Below, piece after piece: positions 25,143-37,134 of a stretch of DNA of 64,000 nucleotides. This stretch comes from Octopus vulgaris (lineage: Eukaryota), in NCBI GenBank assembly GCA_951406725.2, contig OX597823.1, positions 3,596,001 through 3,660,000 on the forward strand, given 5' to 3'. The notes below the pieces were generated by a model. It was not told where the DNA came from. It saw only the letters and a program-made list of their open reading frames with translations, and did no database searches. The position numbers and the translations under genes were made by a program. The first letter of the stretch is position 1; every line of letters begins with the position of its first letter.

Positions 25143-26389
25143 TTACCTCTCATCGCTCTGGGGTCAATAAAACAAAGTACCAGTCAAAGTGGCGGGGTCA
25201 ATGATATCAATCAAACCCTTCTCTAAGATTGCTGGCTTTATACTGAAATCAGAAATCCTTTAAGGCTTTGACAGAATTGTTCATTAGCAGCATGATAAAT
25301 GCCTTGTCTTTGACTGACAGTTACATTCCGATTAAAGAGAGTATTTGCTGTTTTGCTGTGATAAGCTTTTTTTCCGAGACAGAAATTTATTAAAGTTTTG
25401 TTGACATTGACTCTCCCTCTCTCCTATTCTCCTTTGCTAACTTCCTACACAATATATATTATCAAACGGGACTATGAAATGTTGTGAGATTCATGCCTTT
25501 CTTAAGAGTACAAATAATTTTATTGGAAAGAACTTTCTTTAATTGTTCTTAGCAGCTGATAAATCTGTCTTTGACTGACAAAAATACATTTTTGTTTTCT
25601 CACCTTTTTTTTTCTTATTTGTAACAGGTGAGTCCTGTTGACATTGACTCTCCCTCTCTCCTATTCTCCTTTGCTAACTTCCTTTCTCTTATCTCCTCAT
25701 TTTTCTAACTCTCTCGCTCTCTCATATATATATATGTGTACACACACACACACACACGACATGGTTGTAAACCAAATTTCTTCACCTCATAATCATGTGT
25801 ATATATCTGTAGATCTTTATCTACCCATCCCTCTTCTCTCTGTGTATATATCTATCTATCTCTTATGTATGTACACATACACACACACACACAGAGTCTG
25901 ACTTTAAATACCTTAGATCATTTTTTGGGTCATTCGTAATCCCATACCCTCCTCCTCCGAGACAGATTTAATTTCACAAATGAATGTCAAATTCACAACA
26001 GACCTCCATTCCCCCATTTAAGTAAAGAGAGATGACATCGGTCTATGACTGTTTTGTCAGGCAATTTTAGTGAATTAATGAAGCTTAGTGCAAAACCACA
26101 GCCAGACCCACCTTTCAATTCATTGGTATCTTGTGTTTTTGAGAGCAGAAGTTGAATAAAATAAAATTTGTTGTCTTGGCTGTATGGTTAAAATGTTTGC
26201 TTCCCAATCACGTGCTTCTGGGTTCAGTCCCACTGCGTGACACCTTGGACAAATGTCTTCTACTATAGCCTTAGGCTCAGAAAAACCTTGTGAGTGGATT
26301 TGATCGACACAAACAGAAAGAAACCCATCATAAATGTTCACACATACACATGCATGTGCATGCACACATGTACACACACACACACACAA

Positions 26390-26435
<46 letters not shown>

Positions 26436-26486
26436 ATATAGCCATTACACATTCTTTATTTTCTCTCCTTGTTTCTTTCTGTGTCC

Positions 26487-26522
26487 CTTTCTGTAGAAGA
26501 GCGTAGGCTCGAAACGTTAAAG
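26487..26522 (+). ncRNA. Minimal hammerhead-like motif, core variant CUGUAGA
   Basis: CUUU CUGUAGA A GAGC-GUAG-GCUC GAAAC GUU AAAG: stems I and II perfect; lies in a short repeat (about 26440-26612) next to a TA/TG microsatellite. Confidence 0.65.
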
Positions 26523-26989
26523 ACTTTTTCACTTCCTGAGCATTATATTAATACATCTGTTTGTTGTTAACACCACTTGTCTTTGTCTTTTGTTTTTTGT
26601 GAATTCTCCCTAAATTGTACGCTGAAAAAATTAAATCAAACAGCGTTTCAACTTTATGTGAATATATGTGTGTGTATGTGAATGTGTGTGTTTGTGTGTG
26701 CACATGCAATGGAAGTGGGAGGGTTCGTCTTTGTTCACTTAGTATTTGGGTTTATTTTTTGATTTGGTTGAATCTTGGTTGGTTTTTTTTTGTTGTTGTT
26801 GGTCAGTTATTCTTAGCGTTTTGACAGAAAAAAGTCATTTTAAAATTGTTTTCCAACATAAGTGTGCCCAAACGAGTCGAATGCTTACACAGAGCAGGTT
26901 TTATAGCCACATCATCCAAACCGACCGGATGAAACTGGGCTTAGCTGCTAGTGTGTATATATATATTCTGCCAAAGATACACACAAACA

Positions 26990-27159
26990 TATGATGGGCT
27001 TCTTTCAGTTTCCATCTACCAAATCCACTCACAGGTTTTGGGAGGCCTGAGGCTACAGTAGAAGACACTTGCCCAAGGTGCCACAAAGTGGGACTCAACC
27101 CGGAAGCCATGTGGTTGGGAAGCAAACTTCTTACCACACAGCCACATATATACATGTAG

Positions 27160-27196
<37 letters not shown>

Positions 27197-27500
27197 TGTG
27201 AGTGTTTCTGCGTGCTTTTGTGTGTGTCTCCTTCTTTTCATGTCGCATGATAGTTGTAAACGAGCATCACCAACACACAAGCAGTGTTGTTCATTTCCAA
27301 TCAACTGTGAAAAACATGTCTGGTCATAGGGAAATATTACCTTACTTAGAAACAGGTGAAAGTGGGTCACAAGAAGAGTACCTGGCCACAGAAACTCTGC
27401 CACAGGGAATTCTACCTGACCCAAGTGAGCATGGAAAAGGGGACGTTAAAACAATGACGACAACGACGATGTTGATGATAATGATTATGATGATGATGAT
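26990..27500. mobile_element. Family B SINE half (-) abutting an RTE-tailed SINE-like repeat (+)
   Basis: 26990-27145 matches family B; 27230-27500 has tagttgtaaacgagcatcac..gcatggaaaag..gacgttaaa(atg)n, shared with 2940-3140 and 4660-4810. Confidence 0.65.
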
Positions 27501-28283
27501 GCTATTTTTAGTTCCAGGTCAAATATTAATAAATCATGATGTTGTCATTGATCTTAGGAAAGCCTGACAAAGATGCTCCATAGATCAATACTTTAATGGG
27601 TTTAAACGTGGGTGGTGGTGCAGTTTTGGGAGAGTTATGAGCTCACATGGAGACAGCCAATATAACGACCCAGTCTGAATGTATGAGGCAGGGTGGGGCA
27701 CTGGAGTAAAGGCAGAGAGGTTGTGACTGGGCTTTGAAATATAATATTTAAACCAGATAAAATACTCATGTTTTAAACATACATCGAAAAGAAGAAAAAA
27801 AGAAAAAGAAAAGACCTTTGTCAGGATTAAAATACTGGTTTCAAATTTTGGCGCAAGTCCAGCAATTTGGGGGGAAGGATTAAGTTGATTACATTGATTC
27901 CCAGTGTTCAACTGGTATTTAATCCCCAAAGAATGAAAGGTCAAGTTGACCCCGGCAGAATTTAAAGTCAGAAAGTAAAGCTGGATGAATCACCACTAGG
28001 CATTTTGCCCAGCATGCTAATGATTCCACCAGCTGACCACCTTTGTCCGGGTTAAAATATTGAAAGGATATTGTGTAATCTGTGAATAGAAACATAATTA
28101 ACGATGAGTCAAGTTCCAACATAATTTCATTATAAAAGTCCTCACCTTCTCCTCTAATTTCTATAAATATCTAACATTGATGGCATTTGTCCATGGAAAT
28201 ATGGAAAAGGAGACACGTGTTGGATGGGATAATATAAGGAAATAATGATGAGAAATCACTGTACGTAATTAACTTGTTTAAAT

Positions 28284-28537
28284 CAGAAGTTGTCGACCAT
28301 ATTTCTTTATGGGTCCCTTTATTCTGACTTTACTCTACTGGACCCCCATAATTATGCGATGTTTTAAAAAATCCTTTTATATTTTTGTAAGGAAATATTA
28401 TTAGGAATTGTAGAAAAAAAATTGTGAAAATGTTTTGTGTATTGTAGAAGTATAACCAGTTTATTGCAAATGAACTTAAATGACAAAATCTTATGTGGAC
28501 CCCTAAGGGTCATATGAACCCCCGTTGAGAACCACAG
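28284..28537. mobile_element. hAT/Charlie-like MITE
   Basis: Right end gttgagaaccacag, degenerate left end cagaagttgtcgac; perfect 8-bp TSD gtttaaat (28276-28283 / 28538-28545) with central TA. Confidence 0.8.
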
Positions 28538-28714
28538 GTTTAAATGAAATCTTTTTTTTTTGCAGAACATGAAGGAAGTCATTTGCCAGTTCAATGAAAG
28601 GGAGCACTGGGTTGCCAAATGTTGAGAAACAATAATTTAGACCAAGTCAATGGAAGCAAAAATCGGTTGGCCCTGTTCTAGCATACTTATGTTTAGGTTG
28701 TATTTATTCAGATG

Positions 28715-29277
28715 TGTAGCAGAGCTACATATTACATAGTAATCTGTGAGTCGACCTGCAGAGCAGACGAATATATCGATGAGGCATATCTAGCCTCACT
28801 TTGATACACTAAGCCTTGCTTTGGTTCAGTAGCCTCATTCTCAGACACTAGCCTCGTTCTGTGCTACACATTAGAAACTCTCAGTTCCTGCCAGGCTTCG
28901 GTCAAAGACACATGTCTTCTCTGCAGCTCCACAAGCAATCTCCCATGTACACCTCACATGTCTATTCACCTCAGCTCAAGATATCTGGTTCATAAACGAA
29001 GATATTTTGTCACACACACATTCTCAAAACGACTGTTCTCATTATACATAGTGTTAATACAAATATTACATGTTACTTCTTACAGAACAAAAGCAAAAAT
29101 CAAAACTTTCTTTGTACGTAAACACACGTTTTTGTATCATGCTACAAGCTTCCACCTCAAAAGGTGAACACAGAATAAACAATATATTTATACACAAAAA
29201 TGCTATGATTGGTCATTCATACTAACTGTTTTCCCATTTAATGATACGCACTTGAACAGCCAACGTCAGCTGCTATA
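28715..29277. mobile_element. Probable Gypsy-type solo LTR
   Basis: Termini tgtagcag..ctgctata (TG..CA with terminal C>T); 4-bp TSD gatg (28711-28714 / 29278-29281); internal tagcctc repeats. Confidence 0.6.
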
Positions 29278-29569
29278 GATGTGGCCATCCCATCTTTATT
29301 ATACATACATGAAGGCACATGGCTTAGTTGTTAGGGCGTTGCACTCGTGATTGCGAGATCGTGGGTTCGATTCTCAGACCAGGCATTGTGTTGTGTTCTT
29401 GAGCAAAACACCTTCATTTCATGTTGCTCTGTGATCATTTCAACAGCTGACATGCGGCAACCATTGTACCTGTGCAGGTAATGTTGATTTGATGGAGGGA
29501 GTGAGCTTATGTGAAGACAAACATTCGATCACTATAAACAAATCATCTGTGTGGTTGTTCAGCAAGAAA

Positions 29570-29978
29570 TTCTTTTCTATTCTAGGCGCAAGGTCCAAAA
29601 TTTTTGGGGAGGAGGAGGGCAATCGATTAGATCGACCTCAGTACACAACAGGTACTTTATTGACCCTGAAAGGATGAAAGGCAAAATTGACATCTGCAGA
29701 ATTTGAACTCAGAACCTTAAAGACAGACAAAATGACGAAATACCTATTTCTTTATTACCCACAAGGGGCTGAACATAGAGGGGACAAACATGGACAGACA
29801 TAGGTATTAAGTCGATTATATCGACCCCAGTGCTTAACTGGTACTTAATTTATCGACCCCGAAAGGATGAAAGGCAAAGTCGACCTCGGCGGAATTTGAA
29901 CTCACAACGTAACGGCAGACGAAATACCATTAAGCATTTCGCCCAGCATGCTAACGTTTCTGCCAGCTTGCCACCTTA
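29570..29978 (-). mobile_element. Two adjacent family A SINEs with different 3' tails
   Basis: 29570-29730 has the ccttgcgcctagaatagaaaagaat tail; 29745-29978 has the ccccttgtgggtaataaagaaatagg tail. Confidence 0.8.
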
Positions 29979-30027
29979 AAGAAATTGCCAAAACCTCATA
30001 CAGTGTCAAACGATGGGAGAGTCCATG

Positions 30028-31058
30028 ATGATGATCATCATCATTTAGCATCCGTTTTCCATGCTGAAATGGGTTGGATGGTTTGACTGGGGTCTGGGAA
30101 GCCAGGAAGCTGCACCAGGCCCCAATCTGATCTGGCAGGGGACATCCATCCTAATGTCAACCACTCCAAGAGTGTAGTGGGTGCTTTTTACATGCCACTG
30201 GCACAGGGGCCAGAGGAGCTGGCATTGACCATGATCAGATGGGGCTTTTTATGTGCCACCAGCACAGGGGTCACAACTACAATTTCCATTTGATTGTAAT
30301 TTAATTTGATTTGAATTTGATATTGATGTTGATGTACTTGACTCAATAAGTCTCCTCAAGCACAGCACGTCACCCTACGATCCAAGGTACTTTTCAGTGG
30401 GCTGGTTATGTGACACTGGTGTAGGTTACAGCTGTGATCTCACTTTATTTGCTGGGTCTTCTCAGTCACAGCATATCTCCAGAGGTCTGTCTTTTGTCAT
30501 TGCTTCTGTGAGGCCCAACATTTGAGAGTCATGCTTGACCACCTCATCCAATGTCTTCCTGGGTCTCCCTCTACTCCAGATTCCTTCCACTGATTGGGAG
30601 TGGCACTTCTTCACACATCTCTCCTCATCCATCCATAGTACATGACCATACCAATGCAAAAATCTCTCCTGCACGCTGCATCTGATGCTTCTTATGCCCA
30701 ATTTTTCTCTCACGGCACTTACACTCTGTTGTGTGTGCACACTGACATTACACATCCAGTGGATCATACTAGCTTCATTTCTTTCAAGCCTATGCATGTC
30801 CCCCACAGTCATGGCCCATGTTTCAAAGCCATGAAGCATGGCAGTTCACACACATCATTGTACAATCTACCTTTCACTCTGAGCGAGAGGCCCTTTGTCA
30901 CCAGTAGGAGTAAGAAGCTTTCTGAACTTTTCCCAGGCTATTCTTATTCTAGTGGTAACACTCTCTGAGCATCCACTCCCACTACAGACTTGGTCACCCA
31001 GGTAGTGGAAGCTATCAACTACTTCTAGTTTCTCCCCCTGGCATGTGATGGAATCTAC
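30028..31058 (-). mobile_element. RTE-BovB-like LINE 3' fragment
   Basis: ORF 30462-30839 ETWAMT..RLERNEASMIHWMCNVS..WYGHV..GRPRKT; same family as 44683-46490. Confidence 0.9.
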
Positions 31059-31275
31059 TCACACACATGTGAGTACACAGGTGTAAAACAAGGCAAGGAA
31101 AACAACACATGAATACTAAGTATTCAAGTGAAATTAAGCGAACAATAGTGTTTAAATGAAACAAAAGAAACTTCTGCCAGATGATGTTGGTTACATGAAA
31201 CCCTGTGTAACAATTTGTGAGGCTTTTCAGCTTCCATAAGACACTACGTCACTTAACGTCTGTTTTCCATGCTGG

Positions 31276-31711
31276 TTTATGTTCCTATAACCTGTGTTAA
31301 TTCTGTAACCCTTTAAAATGGAAGATAAGAAAGTTCATCTTCGGCACTTGATGCTTTTCTTTTTCCGTAAAGGGAAAACTGCCTCACAAGCAACCAAAGA
31401 AATATGCGCAGTTTATGGTGATGTTTCTTTATCCGAAAGAACTGTACGGAAGTGGTTCACAAGGTTCCAAGCTGGAGATTGTAGCCTTATTGATAAAGAG
31501 TGATCAGGCAGACCATCCACTACAGATGATGACCAAATCAAGTCATTAAATGAGAATAACCCACATTGCACAACCCGAGAATTGGCAGAAAGCCTCAACC
31601 TATCAAAATCCATCGTTCATGAGCACCTGGTAAAGATTGGATAATGGCAAATATTTATTGACCTTTTTCTTTCCTTTAAAAATAAGCACAAACTTTCCGG
31701 ACAACCCAATA
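31276..31711 (+). mobile_element. Internally deleted mariner element (transposase N-terminal HTH plus 3' TIR)
   Basis: MEDKKVHLRHLMLFFFRKGKTASQATKEICAVYG..TVRKWF..*SGRPST..TTRELAESLNLSKS; ends aactttccggacaacccaa-ta. Confidence 0.9.
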
Positions 31712-32099
31712 TATTTTCCTTCTGGCCAACATGTCTGAAGAATCACCAACATTAACGAGGGTCTAAGGCAGCAAGCTGGCAGAATTGTTAGCAAGCTGAA
31801 CAAAATTCTTAGGGACATTTTGTCCATCTTTATGTTCTGAGTTCAATATCTGCCTAGGTCAGCTTTTATTTTCATCCTTTTGCGGTTGATGGAATAAATA
31901 CCATCTGAACTCTGGGATCAACATAACTAGCTTACTCCTCCCCTGAAGTTGCTGGCCTTGTGTCAGAATTTGAAGCCAATTTTACCAATGTCACAAAAGT
32001 GGCAATAACATTCTGTCCAGTTATATGACGTAAGCAGTGACATACTGCTCAACTATTATAAGTTGTTCTATAAGGAACTATAAGTATTGATAGCAAATT

Positions 32100-32488
32100 C
32101 TTTTCCATGGCACTCCATTGGTTACAATGATGAGGGTTCCAGTTGATCCGATCAATGGAACAGCCTGCTTGTGAAATTAATGTGCAAGTGGCTGAGCACT
32201 CCACAGACATGTGTACCCTTAATGTAGTTCTCAAGGAAATTCAGCATGACACAGAGTGTGACAAAGCTGGCCCTTTGAAATACAGGTACAACAGAAACAG
32301 GAAAAAAGAGTGAGAGAAAGTTGTGGTGAAAGAATACAGCAGGGTTTGCCACCATCCACTGCCGGAGCCTCGTGGAACTTTAGGTGTTTTCACTCGATAA
32401 ATACTCACAACACCCGGCCAGGGAATTGAAATCGTGATCCTATGACTGCAAGTCCTCTGCCCTAATCACTGGGCCATTGCACCTCCAC
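32100..32488 (-). mobile_element. tRNA-derived SINE family D
   Basis: Minus strand ggaggtgcaatggcccagtgattagggc..atttcaattccc; related head at 24720-24835. Confidence 0.7.
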
Positions 32489-33379
32489 TGAAGTGTATAT
32501 AATTAAAATGTGTCATTATTGTGCATCAGCTAAATTGAATTTCAGTTTGAATGATTAACAAACTCTGTGGGTAAAAGAAATTAATTTATTTTAAAAATCA
32601 CCAACATCTTTGACTGGCCACCTAAACTAAATACATTTTTGACCCTTTTGATACCAACCTGCCTAAAGCTCTGCCTGGTTCTTTGATACAAACTTTAAAG
32701 AGATCTAAATTAAAACCTGCCATCAAAATTTTGTATTAATTTATACTCCAAACACCAGCTTAACAATGATAAACTTGCTTTATTAAATTCTTAGTTATTT
32801 TCAAAATCAACTGGAACAAAAATAGTGTGTTTCAACAGAAAACTATGGAAATAAAAGGGCAAAGCGCTTAATGCTTGAGACAAAGCATCTAAGACAATCT
32901 CTGGTCTCATGAGGCAAACTTCTTGTTTTAAAGTGATACCAACCATCTGGAAACTGCCTTTTGGTTCTAAGATACAAACTTCCTGCTTAGAGTGATTCAA
33001 ATTAAAACCTTCCATCAAAATTTCATGTTAATTTAGGTTCCAAACCTCAGCTTAATAATGACAAAGCTATCTCGTTAAATTCTTTGTTATTTTCCAAAAC
33101 CAGTGCATTTCCACATAAATAACAGATTTAAATATAACTTCATACGGATCCTCTTAAATTTTCAAATGCTGACCTTCTTTATTCTTTTAACTTATATTCT
33201 CTCGTAATTTATCCTTTCTTGTCCCTGCATCTTAGTCCTGTCAGAAACAATTCCTTTCCCTATTTCTTGTCATTAAATGCCTTCCCGAGAAATTTTATTA
33301 TTCCATAAACATTATGTTTTTCTAAGTATCATTTTTGTTTTTAATATCAATTTCCTTTCATAGCAAGCAATTATTTTAA

Positions 33380-34370
33380 TTAATCCATAGTAATCCTCAT
33401 ATACCTTCATTATTAAGGATTAAGCTAAATTCCATTTTCTTCTTAATCTATTGTATTATAATACTTTCTGTTACATCCACCAGTTTGATGGCCCCTTTCT
33501 AGATCATTCTCGTCATAGTTAATGATGACACCACTACACCAGCCATTAGGTGTGACACCCCTCTGTAATACTTGATTGATTATGCTAATAACTATAGCAC
33601 GTCCTACTTTGACCAAAATAGAACTCATGCTTGTATTTCAGGATATTTTTAGCACCTGAATGACTATCCCAGATGGTCTCAATGTTTTACCTACCACTTG
33701 GCGGTGAGCTGGCAGAAACATTAGCACACGGAGCAAAATACTTAGCAGTATTTCGTCTGTCTTTACATTCTGAGTTCAAATTCCACCAAAGTCGACTTTG
33801 CCTTTCATCCTTTTGGGGTTGATAAATTAAGTACCAGTTGCATACTGGGGTCGATCTAATCGACTGCCCCCTACCCCAAAATTTAGGGATTTGTGCCTAG
33901 AGTAGAAAAGAATGTTTTGCTAACTATCATACCTTAAATTGCACTTTTAGTCTTATGGTTGTAATCTCCAATAACTGGCCCTTCTGTTGGGTCCATGAAA
34001 GGAAGACACTCTCTCTCCCTTTTAGGAACCTTTCCATGCTGTTTTCTTCTTGAGTTCAGTGACAGAAACTCAACTGCTATCGTTCCATTCACACCTGTCC
34101 TCTACCTTGCAATCTGTATAACTTATCTCTCTGGTCCTTGCATCACAGAGTATTTGCAAACCTCTTATTTCCAGTGTTTCTCCAAACCACATCTAGCATC
34201 TCTTCTAGCAACTTGATATTGTTCCTTGCTTCCTCTTTTCTTCTTGTATTTCCAACTCTGTCCTTTACCTTTTGTGACTCTATCTAATCTACCATTCTGT
34301 TACCATGTCATCTTTCATCCAGCTGAAATTTTGCTTCATCCATAAATTTGGTCCATGGCTTGCAGTAAGG
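33380..34370 (-). mobile_element. Highly decayed RTE LINE fragment, interrupted by a family A SINE (33700-33913, +)
   Basis: ORF 33443-33628 IINQVLQRGVTPNGWCSGVIINY resembles the pre-RT 'G..P..W....I' segment of the local RTE family. Confidence 0.55.
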
Positions 34371-34376
34371 TTTGTA

Positions 34377-35035
34377 CAGGGTGTTCAAGCTAAATTTGAT
34401 GTTTTTTATGTATTCTTTCTTCAGGAACAGCCTTGGTCTATTGATAAGCAGTCCACAGCATTGGCGAGCATAAAGACTGCAGTTATAGTTGAGAAAAGGT
34501 GAGCTGACATGGAGGACTGGAAGTCCTCTGAATATTGGAAATGAGTCGTTTGTATCATAATCATTCATACTGGATATCCAAGTGCTGACATGATGATAGC
34601 TGCTCAATGCTCTGCAAACTCTATAAAGGTTGTAAAATGTGACATGGGCATCATGCAAACCAAGTTCTCCCAAACTGTGATAGCTTTTGGGTTGTGTCTC
34701 CAGTGAAGGTGACATCAAGCCAACCAATATGTGTGGCAGCAGGATTTGGCTGCCAGAAAGAGTCAGAAGTGGTTGCTGGAGAATTCCTATGACTTCACCA
34801 GCCCCCAACTTCTGGCTTCTTAATTTCCCCGATTATAATCCCATGGATTATTATCTGTGAGGTGCAGTTGAGAAAGATACCAACCACTCTGCCTGCAGCA
34901 TCCAAGGCCAATCTGGTAGCCAAGATCAAAGAGTTGTTTGAAGATCTTCTCAGGGACACAGTGAGGAACGCAGGCACCAGGTTCTGGAGACCTCTTGGCC
35001 ATGGGTCAAGCTGAGGGAGGCTATTTTTAACAAAC
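34377..35035 (+). mobile_element. Degenerate Tc1/mariner-superfamily (maT/DD37D-like) transposon
   Basis: ta-cagggtgttcaagctaaatttga start; about 34790-34880 translates DFTSPNFWLLNFPDYNPMDYYL*GAVEK (WPPNSPDLNPLDY-like). Confidence 0.7.
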
Positions 35036-35280
35036 TCTGTGTGTGCGCATGCACACATGCATGCGTGTGTGGTTTACTGTTCTGTTATTGGTAGGATCAG
35101 CAAAAAAGTACTCCATCCAGTGAAAGATAAATATCATTTAATATACAGAAACTCAGTAATTCAACAGACTTATATAACATGGTCTGTGTCTGAGAGCAAT
35201 TGTTCAGTCTCAAATAGACTGGCCATGAGTATTTGGGCCTAAAGGACTGCTTGGAGACACAAGGCCTGTTACATAAATCT

Positions 35281-35490
35281 TATTTCTTTACTGCCTACGA
35301 GGGGCTAAACACAGAGGGGACAAACAAGGACAGACATAGTGATTAAGTTGATTACATCGACTCCAGTGCGTAACTGGTACTTAATTTATCGACCCCCAAA
35401 GGATGAAAGGCAAAGTCGACCGTAGCGGAATTTGAACTCAGAACGTAAAGACAGACGAAATACTGCTAAGCATCTCGCCCAGCATGCTAG
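35281..35490 (-). mobile_element. Family A SINE
   Basis: Matches the reverse complement of 820-1047. Confidence 0.8.
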
Positions 35491-35697
35491 CTGAATTATT
35501 GTCTTTCCATAGCATGACATTATCAGCAGCTCATATGTAAACACTGTGTATATTAAATGATATATAAATACACACACACACACACACACACATATATGTG
35601 CATGTGATAGTACCATAATAGGAACGGGGGAAGGGGTCCCATAGTTCAAATAAGTACTTGACATATGTTGGGTAGAGAGGGACACATATATATATAT

Positions 35698-35990
35698 ACT
35701 AGCAGTATCGCCCGGCGTTGCTCGGGTTTGTAAGGGAAATAACTATATAGCATTTTTAAGAGTTAAAAAAAATAGCAAAAAAATTAAAAATGGGAAAAAA
35801 ATGATGGTAAATTTTTTTAAAAATCGTTGACTCATCGTAGATATTTTTAGAGAGTTACTTCCCTTATATAATAGCAAAAAAATGCATTAAAATGGAAAAA
35901 AATGATGGTAAATTTTTTTAAAAATCATAGACTCATCGTAGACGCGCACTAATACCCAGAAGGGCTCAATATGAATCACGACTATAAGAT
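35698..35990 (+). mobile_element. Helitron/Helentron-like non-autonomous element, 5' part
   Basis: Starts actagcagtatcgcccggcgttgctcggg (GC hairpin typical of such ends) within (TA)n; internal about 100-bp tandem duplication. Confidence 0.6.
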
Positions 35991-36174
35991 ATATATATAT
36001 ACACAAATTGAGATAGGGGTTGTAAATGCAACCCTCCATGGGATAACATATATCCAATATACTGCCAGTGAAGTACCCAACAAAGTTAATACATAAATGT
36101 TAAGAATTGCAATGCAATTAATTCATTTACTGTATTATATGGGCAAAGGTAAAGTGTTTTACCACAAATTCATA

Positions 36175-36330
36175 ATACAAAATAAGAAAATGGAGAAATA
36201 CATCCAAATCAAATATCAACTACCAGATAATACCCAATCACATACTTTATTAAACCAAAGTATGTGATTGGGTATTATCTGGTAGTTGATTTTTGATTTG
36301 GATGTATTTCTCCATTTTCTTATTTTGTAT
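36175..36330. repeat. 74-bp-arm hairpin, PLE-type inverted end
   Basis: Arms 36175-36248 and 36257-36330, one mismatch, 8-nt loop; abuts (TA)n. Confidence 0.85.
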
Positions 36331-36350
36331 ATATATATATATATATACAT

Positions 36351-36392
<42 letters not shown>

Positions 36393-36719
36393 GTATGTAT
36401 GTATAAAATCTGAAAATCCAGACAGACAATACAAAGAAAACAAGGACAGGTCATTCAGAGTTTTCTTTCCTCAGTTGAGTTCCAGATTATCTTTGCAATT
36501 TCGGCTGGTCATACTCAAGATTGCTCCAATCTGGCCAGCCCCAAGGAAAAACTAAGCTAAGAGCACTAGATTCCTTGGAAGAAAGCAGCAAATGTATACG
36601 AAAACAAGGACGGAAAAAAATGGAGAAATGGTACAGAAAAACAAATAACAGGACATTAACAACGGTTGTCTTTCAATTAAGGAGGAATTAAATTAAGCTG
36701 GCATATGTTGAAGTAGAGC

Positions 36720-37134
36720 CTTCTCCACCCCAGAGCGCTCAACAGAAGAAGACCAATCATTTTTCATAGCAATACTCGAGCACACGTTTCACTAATGACA
36801 CTCTAGAAGTTGAGGGAATTTGGCTACGAAGCTCTTCCCCACCCAGCTTATTCCCCAGTCCTTTCTCCTACCGACTACCACTTTTTCAAGCACCTTGATG
36901 GTTTCCTGCGACAGAAGGAGTTCAAAAATCAAACCGATGCTGAAAGTGCGTTCAAAGAGTTCATCAGCTCCAGAACTCCAGATTTTTATGTTACCGAAAT
37001 AAACAAACTTGTAACTCGTTGGCAAAAATGTGTTGATTGTAATGGTCTTTACTTTGATGAATAAACTTCCCACATTGTTGAAATATATGAATTTCGTGTT
37101 TCAAAACATTGCTTGCTTTTTGCTCAGCCTGATA
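36720..37134 (+). mobile_element. Mariner transposase 3' fragment plus 3' TIR
   Basis: ORF 36810-37064 LPHPAYSPVLSPTDYHFF..LVTRWQKCVDCNGLYFDE (YSPDLAP-D motif); ends ttgctcagcctgata. Confidence 0.92.
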
